Below are positions 12,332-24,968 of a stretch of DNA of 64,000 nt, piece after piece. The position numbers and the translations under genes were made by a program. Numbering within the stretch: the first letter of the stretch is position 1; every line of letters starts with the position of its first letter. Source of the DNA: Eledone cirrhosa (Eukaryota); the NCBI GenBank assembly GCA_964016885.1, contig OZ024742.1, forward strand, positions 176,390,001-176,454,000, read 5' to 3'. The notes beneath the pieces are model-generated. The model ran no database searches. It worked only from the letters and a program-made list of their open reading frames with translations, and was not told the origin of the DNA.

Positions 12332-12518
12332 GTAATAATTGTTTCTATTTTTGGCACAAGGCCAGCAATTACCCAGTGCATTACTGGTACTTTATTTCAT
12401 CGACGATGAAAGCCAAAGTTAACCTTGGCGGGATTTGAACTCAGAATGGCAAGGGACGGAACTCTATGCGTCAAAGCATGGCGTCCGACCCTCTACCGAT
12501 ACTGCCAATCCATCGCCC
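12332..12518 (-). mobile_element. tRNA-derived SINE (family 1), tail-to-tail with the previous copy
   Basis: Reverse complement of the family 1 consensus. Confidence 0.85.
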
Positions 12519-12807
12519 TCATATATATATATATATATAGTAATAATTGTTTCTACGTTAGGCATTACTTGTACTTTATTTTATCGACCCCATAAGGATG
12601 AAAGGCAAAGTTAACCTTGAATAAATTTGAAGACTAAAATCCAAAGAGGGATCGATAAGGATAAATATATATCAAATATATATGAACCGTAGAGCTTTCT
12701 ATGTGCAAATCCCATGGTCATTCCTGACTGAAGGGGGACTTTAACCTTTGTTCACATTATAAACAACAGAAGGCTGGACCAGAACTTCTTTAACATTTTA
12801 ATTCCGT

Positions 12808-12890
12808 GAAAACACTTTACATATTTCAATGGCCAAGTTTCAACCTCCAATCATGATGTAAGACTTAGGCAATTTCATCAGGAAATATTC
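12808..12890 (-). ncRNA. Type I hammerhead ribozyme candidate with extended stem II
   Basis: Minus strand: gaatatttc-CTGATGA-aattgcctaagt...acttggccatt-GAAA-tatg-TA-aagtgttt. Confidence 0.55.
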
Positions 12891-13313
12891 AACTCTGTCC
12901 CTGCACCAGCCATGGGATACCACAATTATGATAGATAATTTGCATAACATCGAGTACTTTAATTTATTGCATCATCGTTTACACTTTGGTAAACAAGATA
13001 TTATAAATGGTATATATAAATATTTGCTCTAGAGTTCTTATATATTTGATATATATTTATCCTTATCGAGCCCTCTTTGGATTTTAGTCTTCAAATTTAT
13101 TATTATTACTATATATATGTGTATATATGTATGTACGTATATATATTGGGTTTCTATTTTATTATAACTTCATGGTCCCAACAGACAAAATCAGTAAGGT
13201 TAGAATTGTGTAGGGAGGGGATTCTTGCAAGTGTTCACTTTTATTTTTGTTTTCAGTTTTGTGTTTATATCTGAGTGCATTTTCAAGACAATGAAGATTT
13301 TTGCAGCCATTTA

Positions 13314-13450
13314 ATAATTGTTTCTACTTTTGGCACAAGGCCAGCAATTACCCAGTACATTACTGGTACTTTATTTTATCGACCCCGCAAGGATGAAAGG
13401 CAAAGTTAACATTAGAGGGATTTGAACTCAGATCATAGAGGGACGTAATT
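13314..13450 (-). mobile_element. tRNA-derived SINE (family 1), partial
   Basis: Matches the reverse complement of the family 1 B-box, core and tail. Confidence 0.8.
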
Positions 13451-14099
13451 ATGCTGGAGGAGCCATTGAATTATACACCTGTAACTGATTTATTATGTAT
13501 TTCTCTAAAATTCTATTCTGTACTCTTAATAAAACATTTTCATGCAGAAGTTTATGGCTTGGAATTTTCTCCAATGTTCTCAATTATAATTCATAGTGAT
13601 CAAATATGGTTATTGTCATTCATGTTAGACTGGATACATTTCAGACCATAAAAGAGTTGTGGTTCTTTAGCTGAAATTTAACTCCATTTTCAAAAGCAAA
13701 ATCAAACAATGTCTATCCTCTTTTTTCTTCAAACATAATAAAACTTTGTTAGTGAACGTGTCCATTTTTTATGAGAGTAATGTATGATATGAGGGAGGGT
13801 TTTGGCTGCCTTTTCTAAATCGACAATGTAGAGGCTTCCCCTTTGATTCCAGTGTAAGTGTTAAAATGATCATTATTGTTTTCAATCCATTTTACAATGT
13901 TTGTATGTGTTTGGTGAAGCCCATAAATTATCCGTGACATTGGTGTTAATCAAATGAAAGTTAACCCCCAGCTACTACTGATACTCATTTTCACTCAGTC
14001 AAGGAATAGAACCCAGGACTTTATCATGAGTCCACACTTACCATTATGTTACACTTCTTCAGTATTCCAGTGTAAAATGGCAAACAGCTGAATTTAGTC

Positions 14100-15055
14100 A
14101 CATTTTATCTCTGGCTGATATCAAATATTCCCCCTCTATATCTATGTAGTCGATAGCTGCCATTTCGTTGTGTAGTGCTGTAGAATCAAAGATCTCAATT
14201 TGTTTGTTTATTTCCATGTGTCTCATTGGGGGTGTGAAAACACTTCTATGTTGCTCATTCAGTACTTCACTTATCACTTGGAGCTCTGCAGTCAGTGAGC
14301 TTATGGAAATGTAACCCTATCCTGTTGTGTACCTAGGTGGTTTCTTCTACAAATTTAAAGAAGGCTTTAGGTTGTTTTTTTTTTTCTTTCTACAGCCCTG
14401 GCTTTTCTTTTTGCCTTCTTTCATGGGAGATTCTGAGTTCAGTTTTAGTTTCAAACAGTGCCTGATTACATTGTGATTCATTCTTATTTTTAGCTGTGTA
14501 TTTAGCCAGTTTGAGATGTTTGTTCTTCATCTCAAAGGGATCTTTCTATCTCTGAAACTAATATTTTTGTGTCTGTTAGCCTTTTTTTTCCAGGGCAAAC
14601 TTAAAGCAAATGGTTTGCATGTCAATGGCTTGTGTAAAGAAACAATTGGTTCAATTTTGCTTCAGAATCTCTTCATGAATCCTTTTACAGTTAGCTTTAT
14701 GGAAGTTTGGCTGGACAAAATAAGGATGCTTCCTATTAGTTGCATATTTACAGTCTTTTCAGACTATATTTTGTTAGTTCTACTGTGTTATGATTCCAGA
14801 AAACGTCAGTGTCACCTTTACATTGTGGATGAACGTTGTGTTAATTGTGAAGCACCACATTCTCACTTCTTGTTGGGTGGAGTACCACGTGTTCCATAAA
14901 CACTCTGTTTGTAAGGTCCAGCAAGAATTCTGTCAGTCTTTGTTCATGTGCTGTCATTCCTGCCATGACACCTCTGGCAAGAGTATAAGAATGAAAAGAT
15001 CAATGGAAACATTGTCTCTTTGGTCCGATCTGAGCAGTTTCATTTATTTCGTTTC
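14100..15055 (-). pseudogene. Old CR1/L2-like LINE ORF2 fragment (endonuclease C-terminus plus linker)
   Basis: Frameshifted translation FLLDLTNRVFMEHVVLHPTRSENV..CFT...NHNTVE, KQPKAFFKFV and ISEVLNEQHRSVFT resembles the PTR-x2-N-LDL, NPKxF and LNxxFxSVFT motifs. Confidence 0.65.
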
Positions 15056-15284
15056 TAGAAAAGAATGATTTAATCAAAAACATGAAATGTTATACAAAAG
15101 TTTGAAACATCGCTGAGCTAGATATTTTTGGAACATAATAAGTAAATTATTCATTTATCTGGAAATGATTGAATGTATGAATATATAAATGTAATACCAC
15201 TAGCAAATATCTAATGTATTGCAACCAATTTAGTTGTAATTGTAGGTCAAATATGGTAATTGGTGCCATAAAACACTGCTCACA

Positions 15285-15329
<45 letters not shown>

Positions 15330-15429
15330 GGCTGACTGAATATGCACATGCAATTTTTTCTATTTTTTTTCTTTCTGTTCCTTCCTCTTCTCACTGTTTA
15401 TAATTCAATTTTATCTCTTTTTTTCTAAT

Positions 15430-15470
15430 TCTATCTTCCGAGGAAGGACTAGTGTCCGAAACATTAGGGT
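15430..15470 (+). ncRNA. Decayed hammerhead motif (family shared with 33985-34030)
   Basis: ttctatctt-cCGAGGA-a-ggac tagt gtcc-GAAA-catta; the homolog on the minus strand reads ttctatctg-CTGATAA-a-ggac tagc gtcc-AAAA. Confidence 0.45.
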
Positions 15471-16585
15471 CCTTTTCCTGTTAAACTAATATAATTCTTC
15501 AATGCTTTGTGCTGTTTGGTTTTGTTATTTCTGTTTACATTTTACACACACACACATATATACATATGTGTACATATATACATATGTGTACATATATACA
15601 TATGTGTACATGTATACATATGTATGTGTGCATGTGTATAAATGCATGTGTGTGGGTTGGTAAAAGTTTGTGTTTGCAAATGAAATAAAAATTATTCATT
15701 ACATAATGTTGAGTATGTAGTCAATTTTATTACAAGCTGAATTGTCATGAATCATAACTACTTTTTCATGTTGCTGTTTATTGCATTATTTCTGTGTGGC
15801 AATGTACATATATATATAAGCAAAATATTTGTAAACACATGAAAATATGATTAGCTATAGGGTATAGATGAATAATCATCATCATGAAATGTTGAGTTAC
15901 AATTCATTTTATGTCACAGAAAATAACATAACATGAAATAAATGAAAAACAGAGAGATGGCTGGGAAAACATTTTACATGCTACAAATGAAAATGCTGGT
16001 TATTCCCTTTAATATATTCCAAGGTAGCCAAGTCAAAAAAGTAGAAAGAGAGAAAGGGAGAGAGAGCTAGAGATAGATAGATAGAGAGAAAGAGGGGGAG
16101 AGAGATGTCAATGTCGTGGGTTGCCTCAAATATTTGTAGTTAAACATCAGCAATTCCAGTCATAAAATTAATAGAGTTGTGCACGTGTTGTTTGTTTCTT
16201 TTGTTTGACAATGTCATATTCATTTGCTTAGTTTCAGAAATCATTTTTAGTATTTAAATTGTGTCTATAACACACACATATATATATGTATGAGATTTTC
16301 TCTCTCAAAATTTTACATAAGTTATTTCCATGCTTGCATGAATTAGATGATTTGCCATTTCTAATATTATGTTTCACCATTTACTCAAATTTTTCTCATT
16401 TGATTCATATTGTTCAAACCCTTGACCTCAGCTTTCAACACTTCTTCCCATGTTTTTTTTTTTTTTGTTATACCTTTCATGCTTATTCTGTCTACTTGGA
16501 TCGCTCGGTACTTCTTTACACAATAACAATCATCCATGAGTATCACATATCTGTATCATCTTAGTATACTTACTGGCACATGTTT

Positions 16586-16772
16586 GGTGGATTGGCAGTA
16601 TCGGTAGAGGGTCGGATGCCATGCTTTGACGCATAGAGTTACGGCCCTTGCCATTCTGAGTTCAAATCCCACCGAGGTTAACTTTGCCTTTCATCCTTAC
16701 GGGGTCGATAAAATGTACCAGTAATGTACTGAGATAATTGCTGGCCTTGTGCCAAAAGTAGAAACAATTATG
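16586..16772 (+). mobile_element. tRNA-derived SINE (family 1)
   Basis: Full-length match to the family 1 consensus. Confidence 0.85.
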
Positions 16773-18132
16773 ATTTTAATGAGTTTTTCACTATTTTTCA
16801 TAAGACATCATTTAATCATTTTAATGAATTCAGAATTTATCCCAAAGGTTAGAAAATTAAGAAAGAAATATTAAATTTCATTGAATATTTTAAAAAGAAA
16901 TACATCCAACATGAATGGTTACCAGTTACATGCAAATCATGATATATTGTCATAGCTTTTGAGTTCCATTAGATAAAGCTGGATATAAAGAAATGTAATG
17001 ATCAGAGATTAAATAATATTTGTGTGAGAACCATGGATTCCTTAAGAGCTGTCATAGTTACAGATATTTCCTTAAGAGCTGTCATAGTTGCAGATATTTC
17101 TTCATTTTGATAGTATTTCATATACTCCATGGGCTATCTTTAAATTAAATATGCCAACTGACGAGAATATTTTAGATAATTTTCGCTAATTAAATTGTTA
17201 CGAACAAGAGGGTTTGGAGGAGAAAAATAAACTCTAAATTGACTAGATTTCTGCATGGTAAAACTCTGCTAATCATTTGATCATGTGACAAGTTGTCATA
17301 CCTTAGCTGTGTTCTTCTTGATATTTGATCTCTTCATCAGCTTTGTGTCATTCCTTAGATGATCTCTTCATAAATCAATCTTGATTTAGGCAGCAGTATC
17401 TGTTAATGCCGAAATGGTAGCTTGTACAAAATGTGTGTGTGCTTTGGGTTCTAAATGAAGAAGAAGGCTAACAAATTCACTATGAGAATTTGCTACCATA
17501 TAAGCTCATATAAGAATGAGAAAATATGATATATATATATTTAAACAATTAAATTTTCTCTCCAGCATATCATTGCATTTTTCAAACTAATACATGGGAC
17601 AAAGACTCATAAGGAATAGAGAATTCACAAAAGAAATATGGTAAAAATAAATAGTACTCTTATTATATTATGAACCAGTAAACCAGAAAATCAGGTGTTG
17701 CTGTTCTGAAAATAATTCTATTTATGGTCTTTGTAAATATTGAAAAAAAGGTAAAATAATTTTGTCATCGGAGCTTAAAATAAATATACAGTTATTATTT
17801 ATTTTTATTTTTCAGTTTGCAATCTTTAAAGATTTATGAGAAACTTACAAATATATTATTCATATTACTTTGGGTACATTATGTTGTTGAAGATGGGGAA
17901 ACCATACGAGATTACAAACAAAGAAATGATATACGAGAAAAACTTACTTTCGAGGAAGAAGACATATGTGCATGTATGCATTGTATATGTATATATATAT
18001 ACATATACAATAAAAGGGATGAATATATATGTATTTGTGTGTGTGTGTTAGAATGGAGAAATAGACATAAAAAGGGTGTGTGTATATATATATATATATA
18101 TTGCCTCTCTGTTTTGTTCCCGTCTAAATTTA

Positions 18133-18166
<34 letters not shown>

Positions 18167-18295
18167 GCATACATATATATGCACTTATACTTATATATAT
18201 ATGCATATATACTCATACACACACATATCTCTCCTTCACTCACTCTCTCTCTCTCTGTATATATATATATATATATATTGATATATATATATATA

Positions 18296-18350
<55 letters not shown>

Positions 18351-18792
18351 ATATATAATTTTAGAAAGCCACTATAATACTACATTCTAGTAGTTTTCTA
18401 AACAATTAAACTTGATTTCACAATACTTCATGTAAACAAACATACACACTCTATTTCTCTCTTTATAGATATATACATACAAATATATATTTGTATGTAT
18501 ATATATATGAGTGTGTGTGTGTGTATGTATATATATATATATACCATAAACATGTGAGAAAGGTCAACATTATATATGAGAGTGTGTGAGTTTGTGTGTG
18601 CATATATGTATGACAGTATTTGTGCATAAACGTGTGTGATTATAAACACATACAGACAAAAACATATACAAAAGAAGAGAAAAACAAAGTAATAGAGGTA
18701 TATATCTAAACATGCAGTTATATTGAAGAGCAGAAATATGTAAATACATATACATACATATATTTTATTGATTGAAATAAACATTGTTTGTT

Positions 18793-18823
<31 letters not shown>

Positions 18824-18824
<1 letters not shown>

Positions 18825-19385
18825 CAACCTGTCTCATTGTCGGGTCGTTGGCGACTAAACTGGCAACCCCACCAAGGTTTCTTGGTGAGGAGGATAAGTT
18901 TGGACATCCTGCAGGACTAAAAACAAAATCTGTCAAAGGGCAAAGGACCTCCTAAGAGTCAATGGCCATCCAAAATCACTGGCAGAGATGACCCCTTAGC
19001 CTTTGTCAAGGCAGAATTTTAGGAGAAGGAAAACTCTGATATAACACCTGCAACCCTGATGGTATCCAATGATTTTGACTTGTTCTTCTTTTTGGTAAAT
19101 ATCATCTTGGGTAAGAGAGTGGGACTGGGTTTGTGCAGTGCCTTTGCTCACTATAAAAGCTTCACGGCACAGGTATTGCTTTATATCTAGAGATCTCTCT
19201 GCACTTGTCGTCACATGGTACCATGGGCCCAGCACTATGTGTCAATAATTGTCACAAGTGTAGTGTTTGTATCAGAGTTTTCAAGTCGCTGGCTGGACTG
19301 GAAAGTCACACTCGTTCAGCGCATCGGTAGGGGTTCTCCTACATGGATATAAAGTAGTGGCCGTACTCGAAAACGAGTTGGCAGC

Positions 19386-19388
<3 letters not shown>
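18824..19388 (+). mobile_element. Non-autonomous bipartite RTE-derived element
   Basis: RTE-type 5'-UTR motif aggagaaggaaaactctga, plus a 3' C2H2 finger remnant [18 protein letters not shown]. Second copy at 40425-40999; both lie in (TA)n. Confidence 0.65.
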
Positions 19389-19453
<65 letters not shown>

Positions 19454-19591
19454 TATATATATACATACACGCACACACACACATGTATATATATATGTAT
19501 ATATATATATATACATACACACACACGTGTATACATACATGCATACATATATATATATATACACACACACACACGTGTATACATACATGCC

Positions 19592-19642
<51 letters not shown>

Positions 19643-22353
19643 TATATATATATATATGGATGCATGTATGTATAACCCATGCAAGCATGAAAAACTGGAT
19701 GTTAAACAGTGATGATGATGATGATGATACATGGTTGCAAAAGGGGGTAAAGTTCCATAAAAAATTAAAGATTATAGGTTAATAGTAAAAATGAAAAAGC
19801 ACCGAGTTATATTTAAAGATTATTTTTTTTTTTATCCAACAGACTAATAATTTTATAAGTGTTACCCTAAGTGGATTTGAATTTTGTTGAATATTACACG
19901 TTTTCATTGGTATATCGATCTTACCAAATATTAAAAAGGAATCTGTGAGCAGTTAGAATCTATGTTTTAAAAATAATCTTTTATATTCTTGAAAAATCTT
20001 GGACAAAATAGATGTAACTACACCAGTAGAAAGTGTCCAAGAATTTGTATCTACCTATAATGTATATGAAGCAGTTAATTGGTAGCGTCATTAGAATTCT
20101 GGATAAAATGCTTTGCAGTATTTGTCAGAGTTTTTGCTCTCTGAGCTCAAATCCCACTGGGGCCAACTTTGCTTTTCATCGATTCGAGGTCGATAAAAAA
20201 ATGTACCAGTCTTGTATTGAGGTTGATTCTTTCTATATATACCTCTTTCTCACTTCCTCTCTATCACTCCATTCCTTTCTCTGGATGAAACCAGCAGTAT
20301 TCAGATCTGGAGAGGAGATGAGCTCCACCAGGTTTTAAAATGCCAATAAAAACACTGTATGTCTCTATGATGCTCCTATGACTCCAACTGAGTTTATAGG
20401 TAGGTACAGAGAGAGAGAGAGAGAGAGTAGATTTTATGTCTTTTATTGAAACTTTCAAGGCAAAAGGAAGGTTTATTTTTACATTCAGTACAATATGTGT
20501 TTACTTTTTAGTGTTTTTTATCTGCATCCGGTACACTCATTGTTTTTCTCATTTTGCTGTAAGAGTTTACACATCTTTTACAAAATATTCTGTTTGATGT
20601 ATGCCTTTTGCTGCAACTTTTAAATCTATGATGTATACTAGTATTTCTTCGTCCTGCAGCTTCTGGTGTTGTTGGCATGTGATTGTCCTTCATCGAAGGG
20701 ATTCAATAATGGATTTTCTAAACCCGGAAATTTGCATTTTCTTTTAAGTGTAATTTTAAAAGATCACTAAAACATTTGATATTAAACAGGTTATCAAAAG
20801 CAATCTTTTTATACCATCTGAAGCTTTGCAAAATGACCCATGGGTGGGCTAGGAGATAGTCTAGGTTGTAATATGAACTCAGGTACCAAATGACCAACCA
20901 GTGGATTATGAATAAAAAACATTATCTGGGTGATCCTTGATTAACATATTATATAGTAAATAAATATTGTGCTCATCTCAACATTACTTAAGGGATCATA
21001 CTGGGAGCTCGGATCAAAATAAGAAATGAAGCTGTATATCAAATGTTCAGCTTTGTCATATATTGGTACACTAATTTGGCTTGAGAACTTCATAGATGAT
21101 ACAGGTTTCTGTGGAACACTCAGCCACTTAAACTTTAATTCATGACCATGAGTCTTAGTTGATCAAACTATTGAACGTTCATTGTCAAAATAGTAAACAG
21201 ACTTTCATTGGTTTCGAAAATGAATGTTCCATTTGTTTTATGTTCAATATAACAGCCTATTCCTGATATTAACATGCACATGGTTGAGCCATCCCACAGA
21301 CACGTGTACCTCCTAATGTAATTCTCAAGGATATTCAGCACTAGACACTCAGTTGATAAAACGGCTAAGTGCTCATAGTTTAAAACAATGAAGGATCCAT
21401 CTTTAACACAGCTAGCTGCAGTTCAATTGATCCACCCTTCAAATTGCATTGGGCTTTTTATTTTATGTTTGACCTTCAGTATTTTTCTTTAAACCAAGGA
21501 TCAACTGAAAACATGACTGAAATTCATATCCTTTACAAAATCCTATGAAATGTTTATGTCAAGACATTTCGAATATCAAAATAGAAAAAAAGGTTGTTGC
21601 TATATGTGAATGATTTGTTCAAGTATATTTGGATAAAATTGTAAATAAAATTCTGTCAGTTCCATTAGAAGTTTTCTGGTTTTCTGACCAAAAGAACAGC
21701 CTGCTCATAAAATGAATGTGAAGTGGCAGAGCACTCCACAAATGCATGTATTTTTAATGTGATTCTTAGAGAATCAGTGTGACACAATGTGTGGATTTGA
21801 ATTACTGGTACAGACCATTGGAAGGGCATCAAACAGTCCCCATCTCTCCAATTTTCACTCACAAGGCTTGAGTTGATGTGAAGATATGGTAAATGAAACT
21901 GGACCAAGCTTCCATGCAGTGGGATGGAACCCAGAGCTTATTATTGTAAAGCAAACTTCTTAATCATATATCTATTCTACATCCACACATGCACACATAT
22001 ATTTATATATATAGTATCAATGTGTGCATTTGTGTATGTTTTGTTTGAGTGCATGTGTGTATGTATTCTATATGTGTGCATATTTATAAGTTCATGTGTT
22101 CAATTGCATGTATGAATGTCTATATTTTAGGTATGTATGTGGGTATCAGTGAGTATGTGTGTATCTGTGGGAAGGGGGGATAGTGAAGAGAAAGGGTGCA
22201 AAATATAAGGAGAAAAAAATGAAAAAGCTAAAGAGATCAACGTTTAAAAGATTTTTGACAGCTTATATGATTTATTCAAGTATTAAATATATTGATATAT
22301 TGATATGAAATTCACATTCGGCCAATATGCTTTTATCCTTTTCTTTATATCTT

Positions 22354-22407
<54 letters not shown>

Positions 22408-22519
22408 ATGTGTTTGTGTGTGTGTGTGTGCGTGCGTGTTGTGTGTGTGTGTGTGTGTGTCTGTGTCTGAAGTATGGGTATAAATATATATAAATAATAT
22501 ATGCATATGTAAACATACA

Positions 22520-22564
<45 letters not shown>

Positions 22565-22642
22565 CATATGTTCATAGGCATATACATAGACATATATAAT
22601 ATACAAACACACACACATATATATATATGATTATTATTCTTT

Positions 22643-22689
<47 letters not shown>

Positions 22690-23705
22690 CACACACAAGC
22701 ATACATATTCATTCACATTTACATGTAGTCTTTATTATAGGAGGCAGTTATCACAGTAAAAATCTGCAGTAAGTATAGTTTAACCATTTAGTGGAAGCTG
22801 AACTAACAACGTTCCCTGTCACCTGTGTGACAGATAGACTCAAAACAAGGCTATGAATAATAGCAGAATCATGTGATAAAGCCATCATTTGATATCTTTG
22901 GAGACGCCAAATGATGGAATAGTTTGCTTAGTCATTTTCCTGATGCACGTTACACTATTGTTAAGAGATGTAACATGCCTGATGTGTTGTGGCAGTGATA
23001 TTTTACTTTTAGATAGACTGCGTGAGAAATTTCAACTAGATTTTCATCAAACTTTTGATAAAATATTTTTCATTATAAATGCATACATTTGGCTTTCACT
23101 TTGTTCTCTCCACCTCCTCATTTTCTCTCTCTCTCTCTTTCACTTCTACCACCTCTCTTTCTCTCTCCTCCTCTGTTAACCACCTCTCTCTCACTCCCTC
23201 CCCTCACTTGCTCCCCCACCATTCCCTTCGATTTCCCTTTGCTCCTCTCTTTTCCTCTCTCATATCCAACAACCATCCCCTCACATTACTCCTATCTTCT
23301 GCACACTTTAAACATCATCAGCATCACAATAATCTCTGAAGCCTATGGAGCCCCCTCCCCTAGGACCATCAGTATTCTTCCCAACATCACTCTCACTATT
23401 TACATAACTATAACAAATAAAGACAGTGTGTGTATGTGTGTTTGTTTGTGTGTGTGTTTATCTGTCTGTCTCTGTGTGTATGTTTCATCTCTTAGTTCTG
23501 AAGACAAGTGTTCTAGTTGTTCAGTGTATGGGTCAGCACACTCATAACATTTACATAAAAGTGGCTGAATATTCCATAGACACACATGCTCATATACACA
23601 TCTACACACATGCATGTACAGACAACAAACACAAATCTGCTGGAGAAGCAAAAGGTACACATACACATAAGCACAGATATGGGCACACACACAGAGACAC
23701 ACATA

Positions 23706-23748
<43 letters not shown>

Positions 23749-23949
23749 AGACAGAGGCACATACATACATACGTACACAGACACATGTCCATAGAATACA
23801 CACTGCAGAAAGATGAAATAGAGTAACTGGAACAAATTCAAATAAAAGAAGAGACACAAAAGCCAAAATAGTCATTGAGAAGGTCTCAGATTATATGATA
23901 AAAGTCATTTGACAATTAAATTACCATCCAATTAGTAAGCGAACTAATG

Positions 23950-24365
23950 AATGGATTTTGGTCTGAGTTCAAATCCCGCCGAGGTTAACTTTGCCTTTCA
24001 TCCTTACGGGGTCGATAAACTAAAGTACCAGTAATGCACTGGGATAATTGTCGGCCTTGTACCAAAAGTAGAAATAATTATTTCTACTATAGGGACAAGG
24101 CCAGTAATTTTGTGGGGAGGAGAACATTGATTAAAACGATCCCATTGCATTACTGGTACTTTATTTTATTGACCCCTTAAGGATGAAAGGCAAAACTAAC
24201 CTTGGCGGGATTTGAACTCAGAACTTAAAGGACCCTAATTTGCCTTTGCCTGACTATTAATGGTTTCTTATTTAGGCTTAGGCCTGCAATTTTGGGGGAG
24301 GGGAAATTCGATTAAATCGACCCAGTGCGTGACTGGTAATTTATTTTACCGACTGCGTAAGGATG
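23950..24365. mobile_element. Cluster of three family 1 SINE pieces (+, -, -)
   Basis: gagttcaaatcccgccgagg at about 23965; reverse copies at about 24080-24240 and 24260-24365. Confidence 0.75.
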
Positions 24366-24729
24366 TTGCCTGACTAATAATAAAAATACAATTGTAACTT
24401 AACTGGTTATTTTGTTTTTATTGACAGTATGACTCTCCCCAAACATAACAATATTTGTTTCAACACACGATTTCAAGTGAAACATTTGGCAAAATAAATA
24501 CAAAAATGAAGATATATTTAATATTTTCCCATTTCACACAATCAATAATTCATTCTTACCATACTTTTAATGAAATACACTGTATTTTTATTAATTGATA
24601 ATTAATTTAGTGGGATTTACTAAGATATTTCTGAAGATATTATCAGTAAAATAACTCCATCTGTTATCAGCATTCACTGTCCATGCAGCATTGAATTTCA
24701 CAGACAAGCATTATACAGCTGACTTTTTG

Positions 24730-24774
<45 letters not shown>

Positions 24775-24777
<3 letters not shown>

Positions 24778-24955
24778 CGAAGGAAATGTGGTAAGCAACC
24801 AGGTGGACCATAACGCACCAAAGTACTCAATACTTAGGTTAGTAGAGTGGATAATAGGAACGAGTAGGACCCCGACGGCTGAGCTCAAACCGTTTCGACG
24901 GCTAATTCTGGACTAATTTAGCCCAGAATTAGCCGTCGGGGTCCTACTCGTTCCT
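24775..24955 (-). mobile_element. Tail plus fold-back insertion (family shared with 34568-34785)
   Basis: taggaacgagtaggaccccgacggct...agccgtcggggtcctactcgttccta inverted arms after an about 80-bp unpaired tail; bounded by (TA)n. Confidence 0.65.
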
Positions 24956-24968
24956 ATATATATATATA

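Noticed and set aside
14516-15068. Host gene exon
   Set aside because: The opposite strand is a decayed CR1-like ORF2.
16586-16680. tRNA genes at gagttcaaatccc motifs
   Set aside because: No cloverleaf; each continues into a SINE body.
17039-17100. 30-bp direct duplication
   Set aside because: Ordinary local slippage with nothing further to support a function.
17817-19732. YI/CV/HT-rich ORFs here and throughout the window
   Set aside because: They are translations of (TA)n, (TG)n and (CA)n microsatellites.
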